Source of the DNA: Geminicoccaceae bacterium
Lineage (GTDB): Bacteria > Pseudomonadota > Alphaproteobacteria > Geminicoccales > Geminicoccaceae
Assembly: GCA_050331695.1 (NCBI GenBank)
Contig: JBHJGP010000025.1
Coordinates: 95,967-119,966 of the forward strand
DNA length: 24,000 nt
Direction of reading: 5' to 3'
The notes below the pieces were generated by a model. It was not told where the DNA came from, did no database searches, and saw only the letters and a list, made by a program, of their open reading frames with translations. Position numbers and translations under genes: made by a program. Shown here one piece after another: positions 17,076 to 24,000 of the stretch; positions within the stretch are counted from its first letter, which is position 1, and each line of letters opens with the position of its first letter.

Positions 17076-17867
17076 ATGCTAGAGGTCGATAGCCTGACCA
17101 AGAGGTTCGGCGCAACCCAGGCGGTAGACGGCATTTCGATCCGCGTCGAACCGGGCCAGTTCGTTGGCATCATTGGCAGGTCTGGCGCCGGCAAATCGAC
17201 GTTTCTTCGCCTGATCAACAGACTGGTCGAGCCAACCAGCGGTCGGGTTTTGGCCGATGGCCGTGAGATCACCGCGCTTCGCGGGCGCGCTCTCAGGCTG
17301 TGGCGAGCCCAATGCGCAATGATCTTCCAGCAGTTCAATCTGGTCGAGCGGCTCGACGTTCTGACCAATGTTCTGATCGGCCGGATCGCTCATCAGGGTC
17401 TTCTAGCGACAATCGGACGACATTTCAGTGACGCGGAGCGCACCCTGGCGATCCAGGCGCTGGACCGACTCGATCTGGCGCCTCAGGCCCTGCAGCGGGC
17501 CGGCACGCTCTCCGGCGGTCAACAGCAGCGCGTCGCGATCGCCAAGGCATTGGTCCAGAACCCGAAATTCCTTCTGGCGGACGAACCGATCGCGTCGCTC
17601 GATCCGGCAAACGCGGCCAAGGTGATGGACGCGCTCGCCACGATCAATCGCCAGGACGGGATTACGGTCCTGGTCAACCTTCACACACTCGACACCGCCC
17701 GCGCCTACTGCCGGCGGATCGTCGCGATGCACAGTGGCCGTGTCGTTTTCGACGGTGAACCGTCCTTGCTCACCGACCAACGGGTTCGCGAGATTTACGG
17801 TGCCGAGGGGTTGGTGACGGGCGCCTTAAATCTTGATCCGCCGTCGGCCGTCGCCACTGCAGCCTGA
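17076..17867 (+). CDS. phnC: Phosphonate/phosphate ABC transporter ATP-binding protein PhnC (PhoC-like)
   Basis: 263 aa. Has Walker [10 protein letters not shown], signature LSGGQQQRV and Walker B LLADEP. PhnC-specific N-terminal context (LTKRFG...[38 protein letters not shown]). Confidence 0.9.
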   Translation: MLEVDSLTKRFGATQAVDGISIRVEPGQFVGIIGRSGAGKSTFLRLINRLVEPTSGRVLADGREITALRGRALRLWRAQCAMIFQQFNLVERLDVLTNVLIGRIAHQGLLATIGRHFSDAERTLAIQALDRLDLAPQALQRAGTLSGGQQQRVAIAKALVQNPKFLLADEPIASLDPANAAKVMDALATINRQDGITVLVNLHTLDTARAYCRRIVAMHSGRVVFDGEPSLLTDQRVREIYGAEGLVTGALNLDPPSAVATAA

Positions 17868-17879
17868 ACCGCTTCAACC

Positions 17880-17907
17880 GGACGTCCGCAACAATCAGCG
17901 GACGTCC
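17880..17907 (+). promoter_or_regulatory. Perfect 10-bp stem / 8-nt loop hairpin between phnC and phnD
   Basis: GGACGTCCGC (17880-17889), loop aacaatca, GCGGACGTCC (17898-17907). No U-tract follows. The phnD SD GGGGAGAG lies 12 nt downstream. Confidence 0.5.
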
Positions 17908-17929
17908 TCAATCCACTTGGGGAGAGACA

Positions 17930-18847
17930 ATGAATTACGCACTCATCGCCGGCAGCGCCGTCTGTTTGGGGATCGCACTGACGGGCGCCGCGCTGGCCGA
18001 AGGATGGCAGGATCAGTACAAGACGATCCGGTTTGGCATCCTCTCCGGCGAAAACGAGAAGGATCGGATTGCGCGCTACACGCCATTCGAAAAATATCTG
18101 GAAGCCGAACTCGGTGCCGAGGTCGAGATCTTCACCGCGGGCAGCTATGACGGCGTCATTCAGGCGATCGCCGCCGATCAGATCGAGTTCGCGTTCTTCG
18201 GCTCCTCCTCCTACGCGGCGGCCTATACCGAAACCGACGGCGGCGTCGAACCGCTCCTGTCCCGCCTGCAAGAGGACGGCTCCACCGGTTACTATTCGGT
18301 TGTCGCTGTCCGCTGCGACTCGGGCTACGAATCGCTCGACGATCTGGAGGGCAAGGTCTTGGCCTTCGCCGATCCGGATTCCACCTCCGGTTATGCCGTT
18401 CCCTATTACAATCTGACCCAGGACGGCTACGATCCAAAATCCTACTTCTCGGCGACACCGTTTTCAGGCGCCCACGAGACCGGCGTGCTCGGCGTCTACA
18501 ACAACCAGTACGATGCGGCCGCCACCTACATCACAAATGAGACCAACGGCATCCCCCAGCGGATGGTGACCAAGGGCATGATCGAAGAGGGGCAGATCTG
18601 CTGGATCTGGCAGTCGCCCGAAATCACCTCGGGGCCGTTCACCGCTCGCGGCAATTTGCCCGAAGATCTCAAGGCCGACATGAAACAGGCGGTGATGGAC
18701 GTGGTCGAGAAAGATCCGACCGCGTTCGAGGAGATGACCGGCGCCGAGGATTCCACCCAGGTGGGCTGGATCGAGGTCGACCATGAGCGCTACCAGTGGA
18801 TCGTCGACATGCGCGAGTGGCTGAAGCAGCAGCGCCGCGCCGGCTGA
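17930..18847 (+). CDS. phnD: Phosphonate/phosphate ABC transporter periplasmic substrate-binding protein PhnD (PhoD-like)
   Basis: 305 aa with a signal peptide (MNYALIAGSAVCLGIALTGAALA). PhnD-family core (IRFGILSGEN..., YDGVIQA....IEFAFFG..SY, FADP.STSGY). Confidence 0.88.
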   Translation: MNYALIAGSAVCLGIALTGAALAEGWQDQYKTIRFGILSGENEKDRIARYTPFEKYLEAELGAEVEIFTAGSYDGVIQAIAADQIEFAFFGSSSYAAAYTETDGGVEPLLSRLQEDGSTGYYSVVAVRCDSGYESLDDLEGKVLAFADPDSTSGYAVPYYNLTQDGYDPKSYFSATPFSGAHETGVLGVYNNQYDAAATYITNETNGIPQRMVTKGMIEEGQICWIWQSPEITSGPFTARGNLPEDLKADMKQAVMDVVEKDPTAFEEMTGAEDSTQVGWIEVDHERYQWIVDMREWLKQQRRAG

Positions 18848-18862
18848 TTTGAGCTAGGTTTC

Positions 18863-18896
18863 GCCCGCGCCGATCAACGAAGCGATCGGCGCGGGC
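18863..18896 (+). promoter_or_regulatory. Perfect 13-bp stem / 8-nt loop hairpin between phnD and the first phnE
   Basis: GCCCGCGCCGATC (18863-18875), loop aacgaagc, GATCGGCGCGGGC (18884-18896). No downstream U-tract, so more likely an intercistronic stabiliser or attenuator than a full terminator. Confidence 0.5.
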
Positions 18897-18922
18897 TCGA
18901 ACTCAGCCGCCCCCAAAAAACG

Positions 18923-19858
18923 TTGGCTCTCGCCCAAACGGCCGCCGGATACCGATCACCGGCGGTTCTCGCCTTCGAGACCGCCTATCAGGCGCATCGG
19001 CGGCAGTCCCGCCGGATCTTCGCCTTGTCGACCGTGCTGTTCGGGATGGCCTTCGTCATCACCGCCTCGATCAGCGGTTTTTTCGATCTGACCGAAGTAT
19101 CGTTGCCCACCGGCGAGCGGGTCGAACGATGGAAGCTGCTGGCGGGGCTGCCGCGCCTGGGCGAATATCTCGAGAAAACCCTGCCGTCGCTTGCCTGGGA
19201 AACCCTTGGCGCCGATCTGGCCAATTGGTTTTGGCGCTGGCGTGTCTGGCTCGATCTTTTGATCGAAACCGTGCTGATCGCCTTTCTCGCGACCATGTTC
19301 GGCGTTATCGGCGGTTTTCTCCTCAGCTTTCCGGCATCGCGAAATCTGGCGCCCAACCGCGCCGTTTTGTGGGTGAGCCGCCGCTATCTGGAGATCGCCC
19401 GCACGGTGCCGGAGCTGGTCTGGGCCCTAATCTTCGTCTTCTGCCTCGGTGTCGGGCCGATGGCAGGGGTCTGTGCGATCGGCCTGCACGCCACCGGTGC
19501 TCTCGGAAAACTCTATTCGGAGGTCAATGAGAACATCGACATGCGGCCGCTGGACGGGGTTAAGGCCTCCGGCGGCAGCTGGTTCCAGATGATCCGTTTC
19601 GGCGTCGTGCCACAGGTCATCCCCAACATCATCTCCTACACACTGCTTCGCTTCGAGATCAATGTGCGCTCGTCCTCGATCATCGGCTATGTCGGCGCCG
19701 GCGGGCTCGGCCAGGAGATCCGCACCGCCGTATCGCTCCAGGAATACACCGATCTGTCAGCGCTTTTTCTGATCATCCTGGCGACGGTGATCGCCATCGA
19801 CTATGGCAGCGAGCGGCTGCGTCACCGGATCATCGGCCTTACGGGAGAGCCTGCGTGA
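18923..19858 (+). CDS. phnE: Phosphonate/phosphate ABC transporter permease PhnE (first of two; PhoE-like)
   Basis: 311 aa from a TTG start (uncertain). Multi-TM protein with the PhnE/BPD-transporter EAA-loop region (EVNENIDMRPLDGVKASGGSWFQMIRFGVVPQV). The stop overlaps the next start (GTGA at 19855-19858). Confidence 0.85.
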   Translation: MALAQTAAGYRSPAVLAFETAYQAHRRQSRRIFALSTVLFGMAFVITASISGFFDLTEVSLPTGERVERWKLLAGLPRLGEYLEKTLPSLAWETLGADLANWFWRWRVWLDLLIETVLIAFLATMFGVIGGFLLSFPASRNLAPNRAVLWVSRRYLEIARTVPELVWALIFVFCLGVGPMAGVCAIGLHATGALGKLYSEVNENIDMRPLDGVKASGGSWFQMIRFGVVPQVIPNIISYTLLRFEINVRSSSIIGYVGAGGLGQEIRTAVSLQEYTDLSALFLIILATVIAIDYGSERLRHRIIGLTGEPA

Positions 19859-20733
19859 CCCCGAACAAGGAACTTTCCGCGCTCACGCAAGAGGATATTG
19901 CCGCGGCGAAGGCGGCGATACCCAGGGCCTTTTCGGCGAGCCGGCCGGAGCGCTTGGGGCGAACCCTCGCTTGGCTGCTCTTTTTTGGCCTGGTCGGCTG
20001 GTGCTTGTACGACTTCAACTTCTCGCCGCTCCGCATCCTCGAGGGGCTGAGCCGTCTCGGCACCATCATCTCCTTCATGTTCCCGCCCCACATCTGGCAG
20101 AGCTGGGAAGCGTTCTCGGAGGTGCTTAAGGGTCTCGGTGAGACGGTGGCGATGGCCTTCATGGGAACCTTGCTCGGCGCGGTGGTGGCGTTCCCGCTCT
20201 CGTTTCTTGGCGCCAAGAATATTCTCAAACTCAATATCTTGCGTCTTGGGATGAGGCGCACCTTCGACGTGCTTCGCGCCGTCGAGCAACTCATCCTGGC
20301 GTTGATCTTCATCCGAGCTTTCGGCCTCGGCCCGCTCGCCGGCGTTCTCGCGATCGCGGTCTCGGAGGTCGGGACCATGTCGAAACTGTTCTCCGAGGCG
20401 ATCGAGAATACCTCCGAAAAACCGGTGGAAGGGGTCAAGTCGTCTGGCGGTTCGCGGCTGCAAACCATCCGCTTCGGCACGATCCCTCAGGCCATGCCGG
20501 TGGTCCTCTCGATCATTCTCTACAATTTCGAATCCAATACCCGCTCCGGCACGATCCTCGGCATCGTCGGTGCCGGCGGCATCGGTTTCCTTCTCGCCGA
20601 CCGGATCGCGGCCTATCGCTGGGACGAAGCGTGGTCGATCATTTTCCTGATCATCGCCACGGTCTACGTGATCGACGCCATTTCGGCCTGGCTGAGGATG
20701 AAAATCATCGGTCGATGGGAGATGACCCGCTAA
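19855..20733 (+). CDS. phnE: Phosphonate/phosphate ABC transporter permease PhnE (second copy; PhoT-like)
   Basis: 292 aa from a GTG start overlapping the upstream stop. Paralogous to the previous gene (EAIENTSEKPVEGVKSSGGSRLQTIRFGTIPQAMP). Confidence 0.85.
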   Translation: MTPNKELSALTQEDIAAAKAAIPRAFSASRPERLGRTLAWLLFFGLVGWCLYDFNFSPLRILEGLSRLGTIISFMFPPHIWQSWEAFSEVLKGLGETVAMAFMGTLLGAVVAFPLSFLGAKNILKLNILRLGMRRTFDVLRAVEQLILALIFIRAFGLGPLAGVLAIAVSEVGTMSKLFSEAIENTSEKPVEGVKSSGGSRLQTIRFGTIPQAMPVVLSIILYNFESNTRSGTILGIVGAGGIGFLLADRIAAYRWDEAWSIIFLIIATVYVIDAISAWLRMKIIGRWEMTR

Positions 20734-20786
20734 CCTGGCCTCGAAAACCGGACCAGGCGGCTATAAGGCTTGGCCGGCCGGCGGTG

Positions 20787-21731
20787 ATGGGGGACCGGGT
20801 GGTGACAAAGCCGATCAGAATAGCTGTCATGGGTCTGGGCAAGATCGCCCGCGACCAACATCTGCCGTCGATCGCCGAGAGTCCCGATTTCGAGTTGGTG
20901 GCAACGGTCAGCCGGTCATCGGCGCTCGACGCTACACCGAACTATGAGACGATCGATGCGTTACTGGCGGAGGATCTGGGCCTAGACGCGGTCAGTCTGT
21001 GCATGCCGCCTCAGGCCAGGTTCCAACCGGCGATGGCGGCAATTCGGGCCGGCAAGCATGTGATGCTCGAGAAACCGCCGGGCGCCACCCTGCTGGAAGT
21101 CCAGATCCTGGATCGCGCCGCCCGGACTGCCGGCATCAGCCTGTTCGCCACCTGGCACTCGCGCCATGCCCCGGCCGTCGAAATCGCCAAGGACCATCTG
21201 GCCGGCGATGTCATCAAGAACGTACGGATCGACTGGAAAGAAAGCGTTCGGAAATGGCATCCCGGTCAGGAATGGATCTGGCAGCCCGGCGGGCTCGGCG
21301 TGTTCGATCCGGGCATCAACGCACTCTCGATCCTGACCACGATCCTGCCGACGGACGTCTTCCTCGAGCGATCGAAGCTCGCCTTCCCACGAAACAAGGA
21401 TGCACCCATCGCCGCCGATCTAGTGTTCTCCGACGGCGGTGATCTCCGCGTCGAAGCCCATTTCGATTGGCGGGTCGAAGGGGGCGAGATCTGGGAGATC
21501 AGCGTCGAGACGGCGGATAGGGAACTGCAACTGAAAGCGGGAGGCAGCGAGCTTCTCGTCGACGGCGAACCGGTTCCGGCCGGAGGTTCGGGGGAGTATG
21601 CCGGGGTTTACCGGCGTTTCGCCGATCTGACCGAGCGGGGCAAGTCGGACGTTGATCTGCGCCCGTTGGCCCAGGTGGCCGACGCGTTTCTCCTCGGCAA
21701 GCGGATCGAGGTGGAACCGTTCCACGACTGA
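20787..21731 (+). CDS. Gfo/Idh/MocA-family NAD(P)-dependent sugar dehydrogenase, D-galactose 1-dehydrogenase-like
   Basis: N-terminal Rossmann IRIAVMGLGKIARDQHLPSI and the EKPP motif (HVMLEKPPGAT). Length is ~310 aa. The start is ambiguous: ATG 20787, or GTG 20799/20802 behind GGGGGA. The track ORF start at 20631 lies inside phnE and is rejected. Confidence 0.7.
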   Translation: MGDRVVTKPIRIAVMGLGKIARDQHLPSIAESPDFELVATVSRSSALDATPNYETIDALLAEDLGLDAVSLCMPPQARFQPAMAAIRAGKHVMLEKPPGATLLEVQILDRAARTAGISLFATWHSRHAPAVEIAKDHLAGDVIKNVRIDWKESVRKWHPGQEWIWQPGGLGVFDPGINALSILTTILPTDVFLERSKLAFPRNKDAPIAADLVFSDGGDLRVEAHFDWRVEGGEIWEISVETADRELQLKAGGSELLVDGEPVPAGGSGEYAGVYRRFADLTERGKSDVDLRPLAQVADAFLLGKRIEVEPFHD

Positions 21732-21837
21732 TCGCTGCGGCTTGACTGTCCGGTGAAACAGGAAATGATGACGGCGCCGATGAAGCGCCCCTTGGACTGG
21801 TGGTCGACGATGACAAAGCAAAAACTCGGATCGCCTT

Positions 21838-22347
21838 TTGCCTAGCTGGGTCACGCGCTTTGTCCACGGCATCGAGAGCGTGAACCGCTGGATCGGCCGC
21901 GGCGCCATGCTCCTCATTTTCGCGATGATGGGCATCCTGCTCTACTCATCGGTGATGAAAACCGTTTCCATCCCGCCGCTCTGGACCCTGGAGATGGCCC
22001 AGTTCGTGATGGTCGCCTACTACATGCTGGGAGGCCCCTATTCCCTTCAGCAAGACGCCCATGTGCGGATGGACCTGGCCTACAGCCGCTGGTCACCCCG
22101 GACCAAGGCCGCGGTCGATGGTGTCACCATCCTGTTCTTGATCTTCTTCTTGGGTCTTCTGCTCTACGGCGGGATCTCGAGCTCGACCTACGCCCTCGAA
22201 TATGGCGAGCGCAGCTACTCGGCCTGGCGTCCCTACATGGCGCCAATCAAGATCCTGATGACGGTCGCCATCTTTTTGATGCTGCTCCAGGCCGTCGCGG
22301 TTTTTTGCCGGAATGTGGCTTCGGCCCGGGGCGAACCTTTGCCGTGA
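21838..22347 (+). CDS. TRAP transporter small permease subunit (DctQ family)
   Basis: 169 aa with four predicted TM segments. Immediately precedes, and overlaps by 4 nt, a DctM-type gene. The TTG start has no clear SD, so the start is uncertain. Confidence 0.75.
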   Translation: MPSWVTRFVHGIESVNRWIGRGAMLLIFAMMGILLYSSVMKTVSIPPLWTLEMAQFVMVAYYMLGGPYSLQQDAHVRMDLAYSRWSPRTKAAVDGVTILFLIFFLGLLLYGGISSSTYALEYGERSYSAWRPYMAPIKILMTVAIFLMLLQAVAVFCRNVASARGEPLP

Positions 22348-23666
22348 GCTACGAGCTTATCGCCATCACCATGTTCGCGACCATGATGGCGATGCTGCTC
22401 ACCGGTCAGCGGGTGTTCGGCGCCATCGGCTTCGTCGCCGTCGCCGGTGCGTTGTTGCTCTGGGGGCAGGGCGGCTCCGAGATCGCCTTCTCGGCGGCGA
22501 TGAAGCTGATGAAATGGTATCCGCTGCTCACGCTGCCTTTGTTCATCTACATGGGCTACATGCTGTCCGAGACGCGGATCGCCGACGACCTGTACGAGGC
22601 GTTCCACGTCTGGTTCGGCCCGATCCGCGGCGGCCTCGCCATCGGCACGATCATGCTGATGGTGGTGATCTCGGCGATGAACGGCCTTTCGGTCGCTGGC
22701 ATGGCGATCGGCGCCACCATCGCCCTGCCGGAACTCCTTCGCCGGGGCTACGACAAGGTCATGGTCACCGGCGTCATCCAGGCCGGCTCATCACTCGGCA
22801 TCCTGGTGCCGCCAAGCGTTGTGCTGGTGCTCTACGGCATGATCGCGCGCCAGCCCGTGGGTCAGCTTTGGCTTGCCGGCGTCGTGCCGGGCCTGCTCAT
22901 GGCAAGCCTATTCATCCTCTACATTTGGGTTCGCTGCCGGCTTCAGCCGCAGCTCGGCCCGGCGCTGAGCGAAGACGAACGCGCCATGCCGCTCGCGGAC
23001 AAGTTGAAGCTGCTGCGTGCCGGGATCCTGCCGTTTCTGATCTTTTTCTCGATGACGGGCCTGTTCGTGATGGGCGTGACCAGCCTAGTCGAAAGCTCGG
23101 CCGTGGGCGCACTCGCGGCAACCGTCGCTGCCTTGGTCAAGCGCCGGCTCACCATGACCGTGATGGAGGAGGTGGTCAGGAAGACGCTGATGATCTCGTG
23201 TATGTTCATGTGGATCATCCTCGCAGCACTGTGCTTCGGCGCCGTGTTCGACGGGCTTGGTGCCGTGCGCGCCATCGAAGGCTTTTTCCTCGACCGGCTG
23301 GGGCGCGGACCGTGGGAGGTTCTGATCCTGATGCAGTTGTCCTACCTGCTCATGGGCATGTTCCTGGACGACACGGCGATGCTGGTCATCGTGGCGCCGC
23401 TCTACGTGCCCTTGGTGGGTCAGCTCGGCTTCGATCTGATCTGGTACGGGGTGCTCTACACCATCACCTGCCAGATCGCCTACATGACCCCACCCTTCGG
23501 CTACAACCTGTTCCTGATGCGGGCGATGGCACCGCCCGAAATCTCGCTCGGCGATATCTACCGCTCGATCCTGCCCTTCGTGCTGGTCATGATCGTGGGC
23601 CTGGCGCTGGTCATGGCGTTCCCGGGCATTGCCATGTGGCTGCCGAACGCGGTCTATGGGAAATGA
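22344..23666 (+). CDS. TRAP transporter large permease subunit (DctM family)
   Basis: About 440 aa polytopic membrane protein. DctM-like stretches (LLTLPLFIYMGYML, SAMNGLSVAG, PPSVVLVLYG, TPPFGYNLF). In-frame GTG 22344 overlaps the dctQ-like stop (GTGA). The track start at 22305 would overlap by 43 nt. Confidence 0.85.
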   Translation: MSYELIAITMFATMMAMLLTGQRVFGAIGFVAVAGALLLWGQGGSEIAFSAAMKLMKWYPLLTLPLFIYMGYMLSETRIADDLYEAFHVWFGPIRGGLAIGTIMLMVVISAMNGLSVAGMAIGATIALPELLRRGYDKVMVTGVIQAGSSLGILVPPSVVLVLYGMIARQPVGQLWLAGVVPGLLMASLFILYIWVRCRLQPQLGPALSEDERAMPLADKLKLLRAGILPFLIFFSMTGLFVMGVTSLVESSAVGALAATVAALVKRRLTMTVMEEVVRKTLMISCMFMWIILAALCFGAVFDGLGAVRAIEGFFLDRLGRGPWEVLILMQLSYLLMGMFLDDTAMLVIVAPLYVPLVGQLGFDLIWYGVLYTITCQIAYMTPPFGYNLFLMRAMAPPEISLGDIYRSILPFVLVMIVGLALVMAFPGIAMWLPNAVYGK

Positions 23667-23728
23667 GGGGTGAGGCCCACCGATCTGAACGACCAGACGT
23701 GACAAGGAAAAACCATGGAGAGGGTGAA

Positions 23729-24000
23729 ATGACCAACAAAGTCGATCCGCAGCGCCGCAAGTTCCTGACCGCGGCAGGCGTCGGCGGCGTCGCCGCGGCC
23801 GCCTCGACCTTCCCCGCGCCTTACGTCAAGGCCCAGTCACCCATCCGCTGGCGGCTCCAGACCTATGCCGGTCCGGCGCTGGCCGAACATGTGATCAAGC
23901 CCTCGATCGACGCCTTCAACAAGGTGGCGAACGGGGAGATGGAGATCGAACTCTATTTCGCCGATCAACTGGTCCCCACCTCCGAACTGTTCCGGGCGAT
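23729..24000 (+). CDS. TRAP transporter substrate-binding protein (DctP family) with twin-arginine signal; 3' end beyond the window
   Basis: Not in the ORF track because it runs off the end. ATG 23729 follows GGAGAGGG. The translation is MTNKVDPQRRKFLTAAGVGGVAAAASTFPAPYVKAQSPIRWRLQTYAG..., a Tat motif (RRKFL) followed by a DctP-like mature N-terminus. Confidence 0.7.
   Translation, partial: MTNKVDPQRRKFLTAAGVGGVAAAASTFPAPYVKAQSPIRWRLQTYAGPALAEHVIKPSIDAFNKVANGEMEIELYFADQLVPTSELFRA

Noticed and set aside
20631-20786. Long 5' extension of the Gfo/Idh/MocA ORF beginning inside the second phnE gene.
   Set aside because: The Rossmann fold of this family begins within ~10 residues of the N-terminus. 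The extension overlaps phnE by 103 nt and has no homology.
3625-23705. Many long ORFs antisense to the called genes, e.g. 3625-4452(+), 6469-7167(+), 8148-9191(+), 9858-10434(+), 13208-14200(+), 15991-16797(+), 19822-20480(-) and 23085-23705(-).
   Set aside because: They lie fully inside genes with strong family signatures on the opposite strand. Their translations are Arg/Gly/Pro/Asp-rich and low in complexity, with no recognisable motifs. This is the usual shadow-ORF effect in GC-rich DNA.
1-24000. Search for CRISPR arrays, tRNA/rRNA genes, IS elements, integrases, phage genes, toxin-antitoxin pairs or defence-system genes.
   Set aside because: I saw no periodic direct repeats with spacers, no tRNA-like T-arm/acceptor patterns, and no transposase, integrase or nuclease-like ORFs. 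Every ORF over 90 aa that is not antisense shadow is accounted for by metabolic, transport or pilus functions.

Overview
GC-rich, gene-dense chromosomal segment, probably alphaproteobacterial judging by gene content. I saw no mobile element, CRISPR array, tRNA or rRNA. There are four blocks. (1) 1-2908 (+): the 3' end of a Tad/Flp pilus locus (cpaF partial, tadB, tadC), followed by a 548-bp gap with no convincing gene. (2) 3457-16848: a phenylacetate (PAA) catabolic region. A divergent pair sits at 3457-6405: a fused crotonase-like/3-hydroxyacyl-CoA dehydrogenase (-) and paaG (+). A roughly 10.4-kb minus-strand gene string then reads acylase, GH3, paaJ, paaA, paaB, paaC, paaD, paaZ, paaY, with start/stop overlaps at four of its eight junctions and gaps of 15-81 nt at the rest. 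(3) 17076-20733 (+): a phnCDE/phoCDET-type ABC transporter (ATPase, binding protein, two PhnE permeases) behind a candidate Pho box. (4) 20787-24000 (+): a Gfo/Idh/MocA sugar dehydrogenase and a TRAP transporter in Q-M-P order, with the binding protein running off the window. The most interesting part is the head of the paa string. A penicillin-acylase-family (Ntn hydrolase) lipoprotein overlaps by 19 nt a bacterial GH3-family (auxin-amido-synthetase-like) adenylating enzyme. Both lie directly upstream of paaJ-paaABCD-paaZ-paaY, while paaK (PAA-CoA ligase), paaE (oxygenase reductase), paaI and any paaX/paaR regulator are absent from the window. PAA is both the product of penicillin-G-type acylases and a substrate of plant GH3 enzymes. 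This may therefore be an undescribed phenylacetyl-amide/auxin-conjugate processing module, or a non-canonical PAA activation step. All functional calls come from reading the translated ORFs against remembered family motifs. No database search was run.
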